From the IMG/VR virus record IMGVR_UViG_3300013104_000002, positions 64,001 to 128,000 of that record: a DNA stretch of 64,000 nt. The stretch is one strand, 5' to 3'. Source of the stretch: a virus. Of this stretch, positions 38,860 through 48,827 are shown piece by piece. The notes beneath the pieces were generated by a model. That model did not search any database. It worked only from the letters and a program-made list of their open reading frames with translations, and was not told the DNA's origin. A program made the position numbers and the translations under genes. Every line of letters begins with the position of its first letter. Positions within the stretch are counted from its first letter, which is position 1.

Positions 38860-39612
38860 ATGATTAAAACAAATTTTACTTACACAGATACAGAAGATTA
38901 CAAAACATGGATTAGTTTTTATCCAAAAAGAAATAAAGGAACAGGATTTTATTTATGTTATGAAAATAATGGATATTTTGATCCTAGACCTCAAATAAAT
39001 ACTAACGTAACAACTCTGGTAAGTCTAGTATTGCCATTTATCAGTTTATGGCTGATACCAATTACGATTATCTTATGGTTTTATTCTTGGGGAAGTCTGT
39101 ATATTCATTTACCTTACGATACAGGTAGAAATAATACAGCAGAATCTAAAACTTATGGTTTGATGTTTTATCATATAGATTCTGGATTTCCTAATCAAAT
39201 GTGGTTTAGACATTGGAAATCTTTTGACTTTCCTTGGGCTTATAAATTCCACAAAAGAGAAGTGTTACACAAAGATGGTTGGTACACAGAACAAAAAGGA
39301 GATAATTTATGGGACAAAGAATTTTGGAAAGATCATCTTGTTGTAAATACATACCCTTATACTTACACTCTAAAATCTGGTGAAAAACAAAATACAACAG
39401 CCGAAATTTACGAAGAAAAAAGAACTTGGAAAAGATGGTTTGGATTATCTAAAATGACAAGACATTATATAGAAGTAGAATTCAAGGATGAATTAGGTGA
39501 AAGAGCAGGTAGCTGGAAGGGAGGCGTTATTTCAACAAGCCATTCGCTGAATAAAAATGAAACAGCTTTAGAATGTCTAAGAAGAATGGAAAATGAGAGA
39601 AAGTTTAATTAA
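38860..39612 (+). CDS. Hypothetical membrane-associated protein
   Basis: 250 aa with one TM region; C-terminal GERAGSWKGG. Confidence 0.6.
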   Translation: MIKTNFTYTDTEDYKTWISFYPKRNKGTGFYLCYENNGYFDPRPQINTNVTTLVSLVLPFISLWLIPITIILWFYSWGSLYIHLPYDTGRNNTAESKTYGLMFYHIDSGFPNQMWFRHWKSFDFPWAYKFHKREVLHKDGWYTEQKGDNLWDKEFWKDHLVVNTYPYTYTLKSGEKQNTTAEIYEEKRTWKRWFGLSKMTRHYIEVEFKDELGERAGSWKGGVISTSHSLNKNETALECLRRMENERKFN

Positions 39613-39680
39613 GCCTTTTTAAGACAAGAAAATAACATTAGGTATATCTAACTATCAAAAATATAAAACAATCTCTTAAA

Positions 39681-39992
39681 ATGAAAGAAATAATAGAAAA
39701 ATTAAATAATGAGAATATAAAGCAACACTCATATGATTGGGAGGAAGACTTACCTGAAGAATTTTTGCAGTATTTTGAAAATGCAGAGTGTGTTGACTCA
39801 GAATTATATGTAGATAAACATAGATGGTATGAAACTTCAACTTCGGTTTATAAAATTGAAGATAAATTTATAGGAGTAGATGCAGTTACAGACGTATTTT
39901 CAGAGCAGATGGGTTATAGTGATTGCTATCATACTTTGTATTTCTTTGAAATGGAAGAGTTTATTACAACTTCTTACAAAATAAAGAAATAA
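39681..39992 (+). CDS. Conserved acidic phage protein
   Basis: DKHRWYETSTSVY...SEQ motif. Confidence 0.6.
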   Translation: MKEIIEKLNNENIKQHSYDWEEDLPEEFLQYFENAECVDSELYVDKHRWYETSTSVYKIEDKFIGVDAVTDVFSEQMGYSDCYHTLYFFEMEEFITTSYKIKK

Positions 39993-40189
39993 TGACAAGA
40001 AAGGACTATCTAGAACTAAAACATAAACATGGTTCACGACATTTTGAGTTGTGTTATGAAGTATATTTAGAAGAAGCGCGCGGAAATAAAATAGATAAAG
40101 ATAATTTTGATCATTTATTTAGTATGTTTGTTAATATTACAGGTGGAATGCAAAGAATCATAACATTTCTGGACGAAAAATATAAGTAA
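39992..40189 (+). CDS. Hypothetical protein
   Basis: 65 aa. Confidence 0.5.
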   Translation: MTRKDYLELKHKHGSRHFELCYEVYLEEARGNKIDKDNFDHLFSMFVNITGGMQRIITFLDEKYK

Positions 40190-40807
40190 ATGAAGAAAAT
40201 TATACTCCATCTTTGTGCAGATTTAGGATCTGATAGTTATTTCTATCAAAAAGACGATAGTTACCAAGTTATAATGATTGGAGAGGACATAGGAGTTGAG
40301 AATTACAACCCTCCTCAGAATGTTTACGGCGTTATAGCTAATCCAGTTTGTACTGAGTTATCAACAGCGAAAGGTTTCCATAAAGAAAATGATTTAGAAA
40401 AAGGTATGTTTCTAGTTAATCATTGTCTAAGAATTATTAAAGAAGCCAAGCCTAAATGGTGGTTATTAGAAAATCCTGCAAATGGGAGACTTAAAGATAT
40501 ATTAGGAAAACCTAAGTTTATTTACCAACCTTGGGAATATGGGAGTCCTTGGACAAAAAGGACAGGATTATGGGGAGAATTTAATATGCCTGAAAAACTC
40601 TATAATAAATGGGAATCAGTTCCTAAGAACGATAAAATATATGTACGACCAGGAAGACCTAAGCCAGCATTAGCTTTTTTACATAAATCAGCTATAGAAA
40701 ATATACCAGAGTTTGAGCCTTTCAAAGAGTTTATTAAAAACGATGCAGATTTTAGATCACTATGTTCACAAGGATTTGCAAAAGAATTCTATAAAAATAA
40801 TAAATAA
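40190..40807 (+). CDS. DNA cytosine-C5 methyltransferase (compact phage type)
   Basis: LHLCADLGS (motif I), IANPVCT (IV), LLENP (VI), YQPWEYG...KRT.LWG (VIII). Confidence 0.8.
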   Translation: MKKIILHLCADLGSDSYFYQKDDSYQVIMIGEDIGVENYNPPQNVYGVIANPVCTELSTAKGFHKENDLEKGMFLVNHCLRIIKEAKPKWWLLENPANGRLKDILGKPKFIYQPWEYGSPWTKRTGLWGEFNMPEKLYNKWESVPKNDKIYVRPGRPKPALAFLHKSAIENIPEFEPFKEFIKNDADFRSLCSQGFAKEFYKNNK

Positions 40808-41052
40808 TGAAAATAGTACAGAATAAATTCACTTATAATCAAGAGACAGAAGAATGGATTTCTAATAAAACTTATTTAGGTTTAGGAACTGGAGATGATA
40901 AAAAACTCATAATTTATTTTGGAGACAAGGTCACTCTTATTTACTGGAGAGAAAAAAGAGGGTATGAAACCACCATTTTTCAAGGAAGAGAGATTGAAGA
41001 GTCAGAATTAGAAAAACTTTTTAATTTATTAGGAATAGAATGGAATATTTAG
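40807..41052 (+). CDS. Hypothetical protein
   Basis: 81 aa. Confidence 0.55.
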   Translation: MKIVQNKFTYNQETEEWISNKTYLGLGTGDDKKLIIYFGDKVTLIYWREKRGYETTIFQGREIEESELEKLFNLLGIEWNI

Positions 41053-41181
41053 CACAACAAATTATAGAGGACTTTGAAGAGAATTATCCTATTCCAACCT
41101 CATTATCTGATTGAAGAAGACAAGTCAGAAGAAATCTTATTATACATAACAGCCAAAAAATATATACAAAGACACGTATGA
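41040..41181 (+). pseudogene. Small ORF with +1 frameshift
   Basis: MEYLAQ...YPIP, then the +1 frame PHYLIEEDK...QRHV ends in a TGA overlapping the ATG at 41178. Confidence 0.45.
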
Positions 41182-41528
41182 AAATAACAAAAACTAAAAA
41201 AGTAGAAACCATAACGGAAGAAATAGAAGTTTTAGACGGAACTTATTACTTTTCTTTAGGTTATAGAAATGAAGAACCTACATATTACTATAAAGTTATT
41301 ATAGATAGCGGTGATTGGGATGAAGGATTTGCCGATATCCATGTAACGAAAATAAAAGATGATTGGCAGGATTATTTTATTTCTCAAAAAACATACTTTG
41401 AAAATGGATTAATATATGACATTGAAAACTATTTTAAAAAGGAAAATGAGTTTGATAATTGGTACGAAGATATCTCTGAAGAAGTTTTTATTGGCGCAAA
41501 AGAAAGAGTAAAACAAAGATTATGTTAA
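41178..41528 (+). CDS. Acidic hypothetical protein
   Basis: 116 aa. Confidence 0.6.
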   Translation: MKITKTKKVETITEEIEVLDGTYYFSLGYRNEEPTYYYKVIIDSGDWDEGFADIHVTKIKDDWQDYFISQKTYFENGLIYDIENYFKKENEFDNWYEDISEEVFIGAKERVKQRLC

Positions 41529-41941
41529 GTAGGGAAGTAACTCGTAAAAATATCCAGGTAAAAGAAGACTCAGGGATACCGATAACAGATTATATTCCAC
41601 CTAAACCGATAAATAATATGACAGATAAAAGAATAGTGTTTGTACCAAAATATGAGCCTAGTTTTGAGACTAAAGAAAAATTAGATAAACTAATGATAGA
41701 CAAACAAGAAAGAATTAGATCTAAAGTGAAAGTCCTTTCAAATTTCTCACATGAGTTTATAAAAAGTGATGCTATGATTAATCCTATAGTTATACATTCT
41801 ATGGAATTACTAAGACAAGGACAAGATGTTTATAAGGTTATGGAATTTATGACCAATGCATTTATAAAGAAAGATAAAGAACAATTCGACTTAATCAAGC
41901 AATTAATTTCGGGAGAAAAGATAAATTATGGGAACTTATAA
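41522..41941 (+). CDS. Hypothetical protein
   Basis: 139 aa. Confidence 0.55.
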   Translation: MLSREVTRKNIQVKEDSGIPITDYIPPKPINNMTDKRIVFVPKYEPSFETKEKLDKLMIDKQERIRSKVKVLSNFSHEFIKSDAMINPIVIHSMELLRQGQDVYKVMEFMTNAFIKKDKEQFDLIKQLISGEKINYGNL

Positions 41942-42432
41942 AATGAATGGTAGACAAGTAAGTTACGGATCTTTTGAAGAACTCCAGGAAGTGTGTTCAA
42001 CAGTGAGAAAGAAAATGTTTGAGTATATTACAGGTAAAATAGATGAACAACAATTTTTCACAATATATTGCGAATTAGAAGGATACCTTTTAGAGCATGG
42101 CTATACTAATGAAGAGTTTGATTACGATCTACCTGATTATGAACCGTTTTTAAATAGGGCGAAAAATTAGACACACAAGAACATTTACAAAAGAAGATAT
42201 CGAAGATCTAGGATTCGAATATTTAAGAAAAGAAGGTGATAAAACCGTATACCTAAATAAAAATGGAAAAGATGAATGTATTTATTTTAAAGATGTTGTA
42301 GAAAACAATTACGGTAAATATGTAGCTATTGAAAATAATTGCGGGGATTTTTATTTTAAAGGTTGGATTACAGATAAAAATGCACTGAAATTAATTTTAA
42401 AACAAATAGGAGTTTATACAATTTCGGGCTAA
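41928..42432 (+). pseudogene. Hypothetical gene, probably frameshifted
   Basis: The 80-aa ORF stops at 42170, but an ATG-less frame 42154-42432 (FTKEDIEDLGF...FKGWI...LK.ILKQIG) fills the gap up to the terminator. Confidence 0.5.
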
Positions 42433-42436
42433 AAGA

Positions 42437-42466
42437 AAACCCTCTAAGTTAATTCTTGGAGGGTTT
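42437..42466. terminator. Bidirectional terminator between convergent blocks
   Basis: AAACCCTCTAAG/CTTGGAGGGTTT inverted repeat. Confidence 0.8.
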
Positions 42467-42472
42467 ATTATT

Positions 42473-42982
42473 TTAAGTAAACTGTGTAAACCATTTATCT
42501 GTTATATAATTATTTTCATCTATGAAAGTATCCACCATAGAATTTTTCATGGAATATAATAGATTTAGATGTTCTAATAGCTCTGTTTTTGTGTATAGTT
42601 TTTCTACTTGTTTTGCGGATTTTGTTTTTAGATATTCTGTGTAAGGTAGGAACACTTTATATTTCCACTTACATTCTGAATGATTTTGGTTTATATTGTT
42701 TGGATTCACTTCTCTTCCTGTGGAATTTATTAGTTGGTGTTTAACATCTAAAGTTTCAACTTGTAAATTTCCCGCCAAAAAAGATAATACAGAAGAATCA
42801 ATTTTCTGAACACCTAATTGTTTATCTGAAGACATAATAACTTTTTGACACAAAATGTTCAAGTTAATTGTAGAAAATCTTTTAAACAAAACTTCTCCAT
42901 TACACACCCAATCACCATTTAAAATTTTTTCTTTTGGATCCGTTATATAAATCTCTCCGTTAATTCTGTGTATGTTTTTCAT
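42473..42982 (-). CDS. Hypothetical protein
   Basis: 169 aa; MKNIH...IYIT..E.I..GDW pattern. Confidence 0.6.
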   Translation of the reverse strand: MKNIHRINGEIYITDPKEKILNGDWVCNGEVLFKRFSTINLNILCQKVIMSSDKQLGVQKIDSSVLSFLAGNLQVETLDVKHQLINSTGREVNPNNINQNHSECKWKYKVFLPYTEYLKTKSAKQVEKLYTKTELLEHLNLLYSMKNSMVDTFIDENNYITDKWFTQFT

Positions 42983-42984
42983 AT

Positions 42985-43287
42985 TTATTTTATATTTTCT
43001 GTTGGGTAAGCATTGATAATAGACTCTTTGTTAACTTTCCACATTTGGCGTGTTCCAAGTATATCATAGGATTCTCCAAGTTCTACTAGTTTATACTTAG
43101 ACCCTTTTCTATCTGGTCTTACAAATAAATCAATTCTGTTTGTCTTACTAGCTTCTGATAAAGCTTGTTCTACGTGATATTTTGCAAATTCAATCATTGC
43201 TTTTTGCACTCCCTCCATTTGAGAAGTATCTCCATATTTACCAAAGACTTCATCTAACTTATCTAATAAGTAATTTTCTGCTGTCAT
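42985..43287 (-). CDS. Hypothetical protein
   Basis: AMIEFAKYHVEQAL...SIINAYPTENIK, a pattern I recall from Bacteroidota phages. Confidence 0.65.
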   Translation of the reverse strand: MTAENYLLDKLDEVFGKYGDTSQMEGVQKAMIEFAKYHVEQALSEASKTNRIDLFVRPDRKGSKYKLVELGESYDILGTRQMWKVNKESIINAYPTENIK

Positions 43288-43327
43288 ATTTATTTGTTTT
43301 TATATTTTTATTTCGCGCGAAAAAGAA

Positions 43328-43699
43328 TTAAACAGGAGGAACTAACTGCAATCCTTCAAATAATCCAGCTTCTAAAGCATCTTCATAAGTATCGTACTCA
43401 ATATTAAAATTAGGATTGCTGCCATTTTCACCAGTTTTTAAAATACTAACTAGGTATTTACTATTATATGGTAGAATTTGTATATGGATATCATGGACTT
43501 CTCTAAGCCAACGTTGTAATAAAGATTGTGTTGGTGCCGAATACAACTCATCTTCAAAAAACTGTTCGGGATCAGAATAAAAGGGTAATTCTGGTTCAAA
43601 CTTACCAAACTGATTATAACAACCATATCCTTTGACTAGAATGAGACCTTTTTCTTGTGCTAACTTAGCTGTTTCAAATTTTATTTTTTCTTCTTCCAT
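43328..43699 (-). CDS. Hypothetical protein
   Basis: FETAKLAQEKG...APTQSLLQRWLREVH...TYEDALEAGL. Confidence 0.65.
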   Translation of the reverse strand: MEEEKIKFETAKLAQEKGLILVKGYGCYNQFGKFEPELPFYSDPEQFFEDELYSAPTQSLLQRWLREVHDIHIQILPYNSKYLVSILKTGENGSNPNFNIEYDTYEDALEAGLFEGLQLVPPV

Positions 43700-43717
43700 A
43701 ATTTAATTTTTAAAACA

Positions 43718-43859
43718 CAAATATACAACATTAAAATAATATACACAACAAAAAGTCCAAGAAAATACCCCACCTTATTAAAAAGGATACCCCCCTGTTT
43801 ATTAAAACCAAAAAAGTCGGTAGAAAAATTGGAAATAAGAAATAATAATCGTATATTTG
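43718..43859. promoter_or_regulatory. Divergent Bacteroidota promoters
   Basis: Minus: TTG(43748)-N20-TATATTTG(43718). Plus: TTG(43829)-N20-TATATTTG(43859). Confidence 0.7.
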
Positions 43860-43863
43860 TCAC

Positions 43864-44424
43864 ATGGATAAAATAAAAGCATTTGAGTATTTAATTCTAA
43901 AATTAGTAGAATGGTACGGAGATAATAATGACATGGGAACTCTTAAGAGCCTAAAACTTCTTTGGTTTGTATCAGTTGTTGAAGCAAATAAAGATTCTAA
44001 AGATAGTTTAATTGATAAAGTATTTGATAATTTTCATGCAATGCCTTATGGACATGTTGAAAAGGATATTTATGAAGCAATCCGTGGCAAAAAAATAAAA
44101 AACATAGAGCTGAAAAGTAATACCGCCAATATATTAAATAAGGATAGAATATTAGAAACCGATAAAGAGATTAGAGAATTAATAGATAAGAGTATTGAAA
44201 AATTTAAAATATTAGCTCCTGAATATATAAACCTACTTTCGTTTGATCTGGTTATTTTAAGTCAAAGATGGTATTCATGGAAGTATTACTATAAAAAAGC
44301 CAGACAAAAAGATAAGTTCTCAGAGAAAATACCAAATGAAATAATAAAAAACGAATTCAAATACTATGAGACTTATAACGAAAATGTTATTTACAGACTT
44401 CTGTGTGGGAGGACTATACCATAA
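43864..44424 (+). CDS. Panacea (SocA/GepA/DUF4065) antitoxin-domain protein
   Basis: LKSLKLLWFV...DNFHAMPYGHVEKDIYEAI...DLVILSQ...W matches the KLLYF...F.A..YGPV...Y pattern. Confidence 0.75.
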   Translation: MDKIKAFEYLILKLVEWYGDNNDMGTLKSLKLLWFVSVVEANKDSKDSLIDKVFDNFHAMPYGHVEKDIYEAIRGKKIKNIELKSNTANILNKDRILETDKEIRELIDKSIEKFKILAPEYINLLSFDLVILSQRWYSWKYYYKKARQKDKFSEKIPNEIIKNEFKYYETYNENVIYRLLCGRTIP

Positions 44425-45209
44425 CTCTCCAATCAGCCAGGCACTTTTTCCCTCCATACCCACCTTAGTATTGTTTCGGTTTTATCTGTCCTTAGAAAGC
44501 CGATTTTTACTTTTCGTTTCCAGATTTATTTTTAGTTGTTAGTTACTTTTATTTTGTTTCTTAGTTACTTGCTTAGTTACTTTTTATCTGTTTTTATATT
44601 GTTTTTCGCAGAATTTTTTAGCTCCTGTTTATTTTATATTTTCATTAGTATAATTTAAATAGGATTTTTTGTTTTTATAATCAAATTGTTTTTGCCCGAA
44701 ATTATAATATATGAACGCATGTGCGCGTACAATACGAAATTCTTTTTTAATATCCTAGTGTTTTTTATTTTTTATTAAGTTATTTTCGCCGTTTCTTTGT
44801 AGTGTTGAAAGGGTAGTGGGTTACTAACCAACTAAACAAAGTTCTTATAAGTAAAAGATTTTTAATAAACAAATTTATTTTTAATTATTTTTGTTTTATC
44901 TTTACAAAAGAATTAAGGATTACAAGTTATTTGACATATTGACAAGCGGTGTTACAAGTATCATATAAAGCTACTATTAATTTAGAAAGTGATTGCAGGG
45001 TGCGAACAAAGGTACACGCTTAATTTATCGGATTAAAACAATACTCTATTTATTAGAGAATCATATAAACATATATTAATGGCTTAATGTAAAGCCTTTT
45101 CTTATTCTTTTTTGTCGGCGAAATGCGGGAAAAGAAAACAAAGCCCTTGCAATTTAGTTGTAGCATCGAAGCAACGAGGGCGCAATTAACAATTTAAAAC
45201 AAAAACATT
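44425..45209. other. Long non-coding region: candidate genome terminus or origin plus structured early leader
   Basis: C-rich motif, three TTAGTTACTT repeats, T-rich tract, boxA-like site and several hairpins. Confidence 0.45.
44539..44582 (+). repeat. Direct repeats TTAGTTACTT x3
   Basis: Copies at 44539, 44561 and 44573. Confidence 0.7.
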
Positions 45210-45530
45210 ATGTTAGATATTATAGTAATTCCAGCAAAAAGATTTTATTATTTACATTTAGAAGGTAATAAATACAGATTATTAGAGGATACAGGTAAAA
45301 CAATCAATAAACATAGAATTATGTTAAACGTTGGCTATCCTAATGTAAAGACTTTTATAAAACAAAGTCAGGTTAATACTTTAAGTAATTGTGAAAGGTT
45401 ATTCGAAGCTACTTTTAACAGACTACCAATTGACGAAAAAGGTTATCATATTGGAAAGTTTCACAAATTAGACAACATTGATTTTTTTGAAATGTTAGAA
45501 ACTAAAAGAAAGTTATTATGCAAGAATTAG
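45210..45530 (+). CDS. Hypothetical protein
   Basis: 106 aa; first gene after the structured leader. Confidence 0.6.
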   Translation: MLDIIVIPAKRFYYLHLEGNKYRLLEDTGKTINKHRIMLNVGYPNVKTFIKQSQVNTLSNCERLFEATFNRLPIDEKGYHIGKFHKLDNIDFFEMLETKRKLLCKN

Positions 45531-45758
45531 AAAACTTTTTATTTTTTATATCAATTATAGGCGGTTTAATTATCGCCTTTTGTGTATTCTTATATTATAA
45601 ATCTAAAGACTAATTTCGGCAAAAAAGAAATAAAACAATGAAACTAACAGACAAAACACAAGTAATAATAGGTTTAACTATACTTATTATAACAATAATA
45701 GCAGGATTTATTTCTTTGCTTTATGTAATTGAATTATTAACATCTAAATTTTAGTATT

Positions 45759-45971
45759 ATGGAAGCAATAATATATGGAGTATTAAACAGTGAATTATGT
45801 TTAATAGACACTTCAAAAACTGAAAGAGGTGCAAAACAATACGCAACAAGAAACGGTTATAATTTAATCGGTTTTAGGATTGGTTACAATGCTTTTATTT
45901 TAGCCGAAAAAATCAACGGTAAATGGGAGCATAAAGATACTGCCTATACAGCTAATATAGTTAACAACTAA
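45759..45971 (+). CDS. Hypothetical protein
   Basis: D.SKTERGAK.YATRNGY motif. Confidence 0.6.
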   Translation: MEAIIYGVLNSELCLIDTSKTERGAKQYATRNGYNLIGFRIGYNAFILAEKINGKWEHKDTAYTANIVNN

Positions 45972-46167
45972 AAACATTTTTTATGATACGAGAATTTATA
46001 ATAGTAATAATAGGCTGTATTTTAGGCGTTTTTTCTATGACTTATTTTGCTTATAATGAGGGGCAAAAGAATAAAGAAAAGGAAATTATTAAAAGAGCAT
46101 TACAAATAAATAAAGACTGCTACAATCAAACAGATTTAGATATAATAATTTTTAACGAATCACAATT

Positions 46168-46470
46168 ATGAAAACATTAGATATAAACGCAAAGACTTGG
46201 TTTGACAAAGTAAACGGTAATAGTTATTTTAGTGCCGTTATTACAATAGATTACGGAACGCCCGAACAAAAAGAAATTAAATTGCCTTTCCAATATGGTT
46301 ATGGTTCACAATATGAAAGTGAAGCAAAAGCCGTATTAACTGAACATAATTATATAAGTCCTTCTTATGGGCAAAATTTATATACTTATTGTTTAGAGAA
46401 TAATATAATACTACGTTCAAATAATATTAAAAACTGCCGTAAAAAAGATTTAAAACATGAAAATAACTAA
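46168..46470 (+). CDS. Conserved small phage protein
   Basis: WFDKVNGNSYFS...LPFQYGYG.QY. Confidence 0.65.
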   Translation: MKTLDINAKTWFDKVNGNSYFSAVITIDYGTPEQKEIKLPFQYGYGSQYESEAKAVLTEHNYISPSYGQNLYTYCLENNIILRSNNIKNCRKKDLKHENN

Positions 46471-47056
46471 ACACCAAACCAAAGAATTAACTTACTATGA
46501 ATGTGAACCAATTAAAGGCTATCATTTATTTGCTTTCTCTTTTATTGCACTTTTAAGAGATTTATTTATTGTATATAAACTAACTATGTTTAACCCTAAA
46601 ACAATCAAGAACTAATGACATTTCTAAAATCACAAAGTACACTTGCATACAGGCTACTAAAGAACGAAAAAACAAAGCTTTATTATATTCGCCGTATAAA
46701 AGATAAAAAGACAGTTTTAATAGGCGACAACGACAAAGCAGAGCCGTTTATTTTATATGGTTTGGCGGAAAATAAAGAAGAAATAAAAGAATTATTTAAA
46801 AATTAAATACAATGGAAAACGAAATAGTATTTGAAGATTGTGATACACCAACAACAATTGCTAAAAAGACGGTTGATATTTTTGTTGGCACTAATGAACT
46901 AAAGCCACGACTTAAAAAGTTAGGGATTGATTACGTGAGAGTTCAGCGAGGTTTGAAAGTAGTTTATATTTTGCGGGGGAAACAAATAGGAAAATTAGAA
47001 ATAACTTTATAAAAAAGATTATATTTGTATAGCAAACATTTAAAAACAAAAAAGAC

Positions 47057-47389
47057 ATGAAAGCAAAAATAAAAGCATTAGCAAATTTCTTAGATTGTAA
47101 AAAGAAAGAAATTGAACAAGGTTACAACGAAAACACCTTCGAACATGAAGGAGAAGAGTATCTTGTTGTTACAGATAGCGAAGCAGACGATCTTTGGGAA
47201 GAGGATTTAGATAACTACATTGAAGAGTTTATTTACCCTCAATTTAAAGAAATAGGTTTACAGGAAAGATATTTTGACGAAGAGGCTTGGAAAAATGATG
47301 CAAAATATGATGGTCGAGCACATTCTCTGGCTCGATATGATGGTAACGAATACGAACAAGACGGATTTTATATTTATAGAACCAATTAA
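47057..47389 (+). CDS. Highly acidic protein (possible ArdA-like DNA mimic)
   Basis: EYLVVTDSEAD...YFDEEAW..D...DGRAH.LA.YDG.E; very D/E-rich. Confidence 0.5.
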   Translation: MKAKIKALANFLDCKKKEIEQGYNENTFEHEGEEYLVVTDSEADDLWEEDLDNYIEEFIYPQFKEIGLQERYFDEEAWKNDAKYDGRAHSLARYDGNEYEQDGFYIYRTN

Positions 47390-47515
47390 CATGCAACTAC
47401 AAACCAAAATCGATTTAGAAACTAAATATAGGTTTATTTTTCGGCAAAATAAAATAACAAAAGCTGATATAAAAACCGCAAACAAAATATTAATACAGTT
47501 AAAAAATATAAAGTC

Positions 47516-47794
47516 ATGAACTGGAAACAAAAAATAAAAGCCTATTTAAGAAAAGGGAATATCGAAAGGGCGCAAAAAGATAAACAGGAAAGAGTCAAAC
47601 AAATCTTAGACTTAATAAAAAAAGACAAAGACCCAAAAGAACAAATAAAGACTTTAGAGAGAGTAACAGAACGTTACAACCTCTACTTATCAGATTATAA
47701 AAACAACGCCTTAAAAGAACTACAGACAGTTAAATACAGGGTTGAAAGTGAGGTCGATGTTATCGAATGTTATTTGGGCGGTAAAACAATTTAA
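47516..47794 (+). CDS. Hypothetical protein
   Basis: 92 aa. Confidence 0.55.
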   Translation: MNWKQKIKAYLRKGNIERAQKDKQERVKQILDLIKKDKDPKEQIKTLERVTERYNLYLSDYKNNALKELQTVKYRVESEVDVIECYLGGKTI

Positions 47795-48148
47795 AAATAA
47801 AGATTATGAAACCATTTGATGAATTAGTAGAAGAAACAGTAAAAAGCCTTATTAATGGAAATACAGAAAACATTTTAAGTGATGATGTATTTAAGGCAGT
47901 ACAGAAAAGATTAAGAGAAATTAAAACTAATTGTACTCTAGTTTTAAAGCAAATGAAAGAATCAAAATAATTTAAAACTTATATTATGAAAACTAATAAA
48001 TACACTATGTATTCCAGATGATACTTATTTAAAAACTGTATCTAATAATTTACAAGTCATTAAGGAATATTCTTTTTTTGATTGCACTGTTTCTTAATCA
48101 CTAACATCTGAACTAAATATAAAATCATTTAACTTAATAGTTTTTATC

Positions 48149-48535
48149 ATGCAAACACAAATAGACAATACAGAAAATAATATATTAATAGCAAAGTTCT
48201 TAGGCTGGAAAGAACAAACAGACCCAACAAGAAGATGGTTTACACAGTTCTTTAATGAGTATGGAGAGCGAAAAGGAGGAACAAACAAAGAACCTTTATT
48301 ATTTCATTCTGATTGGAACTGGCTTATGTTAGCAGTAGAAAAGATAAACAGCTTTGAAAGTGGTCGTTTTACCGTTCAAATTAATTCAATGGATACTTAT
48401 ATCCACGATTTAGTAAAAGGAGGTTATATTTTTCAATCTGAGTGTAAATGGCAAACTTATGAGCTTATTAATTCAGTTTATGAAGCAGTAATAGAGTTTA
48501 TAAAATGGTATAACGAACAACAAAAGGCGGGATAA
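48149..48535 (+). CDS. Conserved Bacteroidota phage protein
   Basis: N.LIAKFLGW...FHSDWNWLM.AVEKI...VYEAV.EFIKWYN. Confidence 0.65.
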   Translation: MQTQIDNTENNILIAKFLGWKEQTDPTRRWFTQFFNEYGERKGGTNKEPLLFHSDWNWLMLAVEKINSFESGRFTVQINSMDTYIHDLVKGGYIFQSECKWQTYELINSVYEAVIEFIKWYNEQQKAG

Positions 48536-48556
48536 AAGAATAAAACAGAAATTACT

Positions 48557-48775
48557 ATGACAACAGACCAAATAAAAGAAAAGCTTTGCGAATATGATGA
48601 ACGCAATCCAAACTACAATAAAGACTATCCTAAAGTAAAAGAAGAATGCTACTGCGATAACTGTTTCTATGGGGGACATTATTTAGCAGAAGAATTATTA
48701 AAAGTCATTGCAGAACTCGAAAAAGAAAAAGAAGATTTTAAAATTCTTGAAAAATGCTATCTTGGTATTGAATAA
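48557..48775 (+). CDS. Small Cys-containing protein
   Basis: LC.YD.RNP...CYCDNCFYG. Confidence 0.6.
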   Translation: MTTDQIKEKLCEYDERNPNYNKDYPKVKEECYCDNCFYGGHYLAEELLKVIAELEKEKEDFKILEKCYLGIE

Positions 48776-48827
48776 TTTTCTATATTTGCACCTTAAATCA
48801 ATGTTTAACGGCAAAAAAACTTATTAA

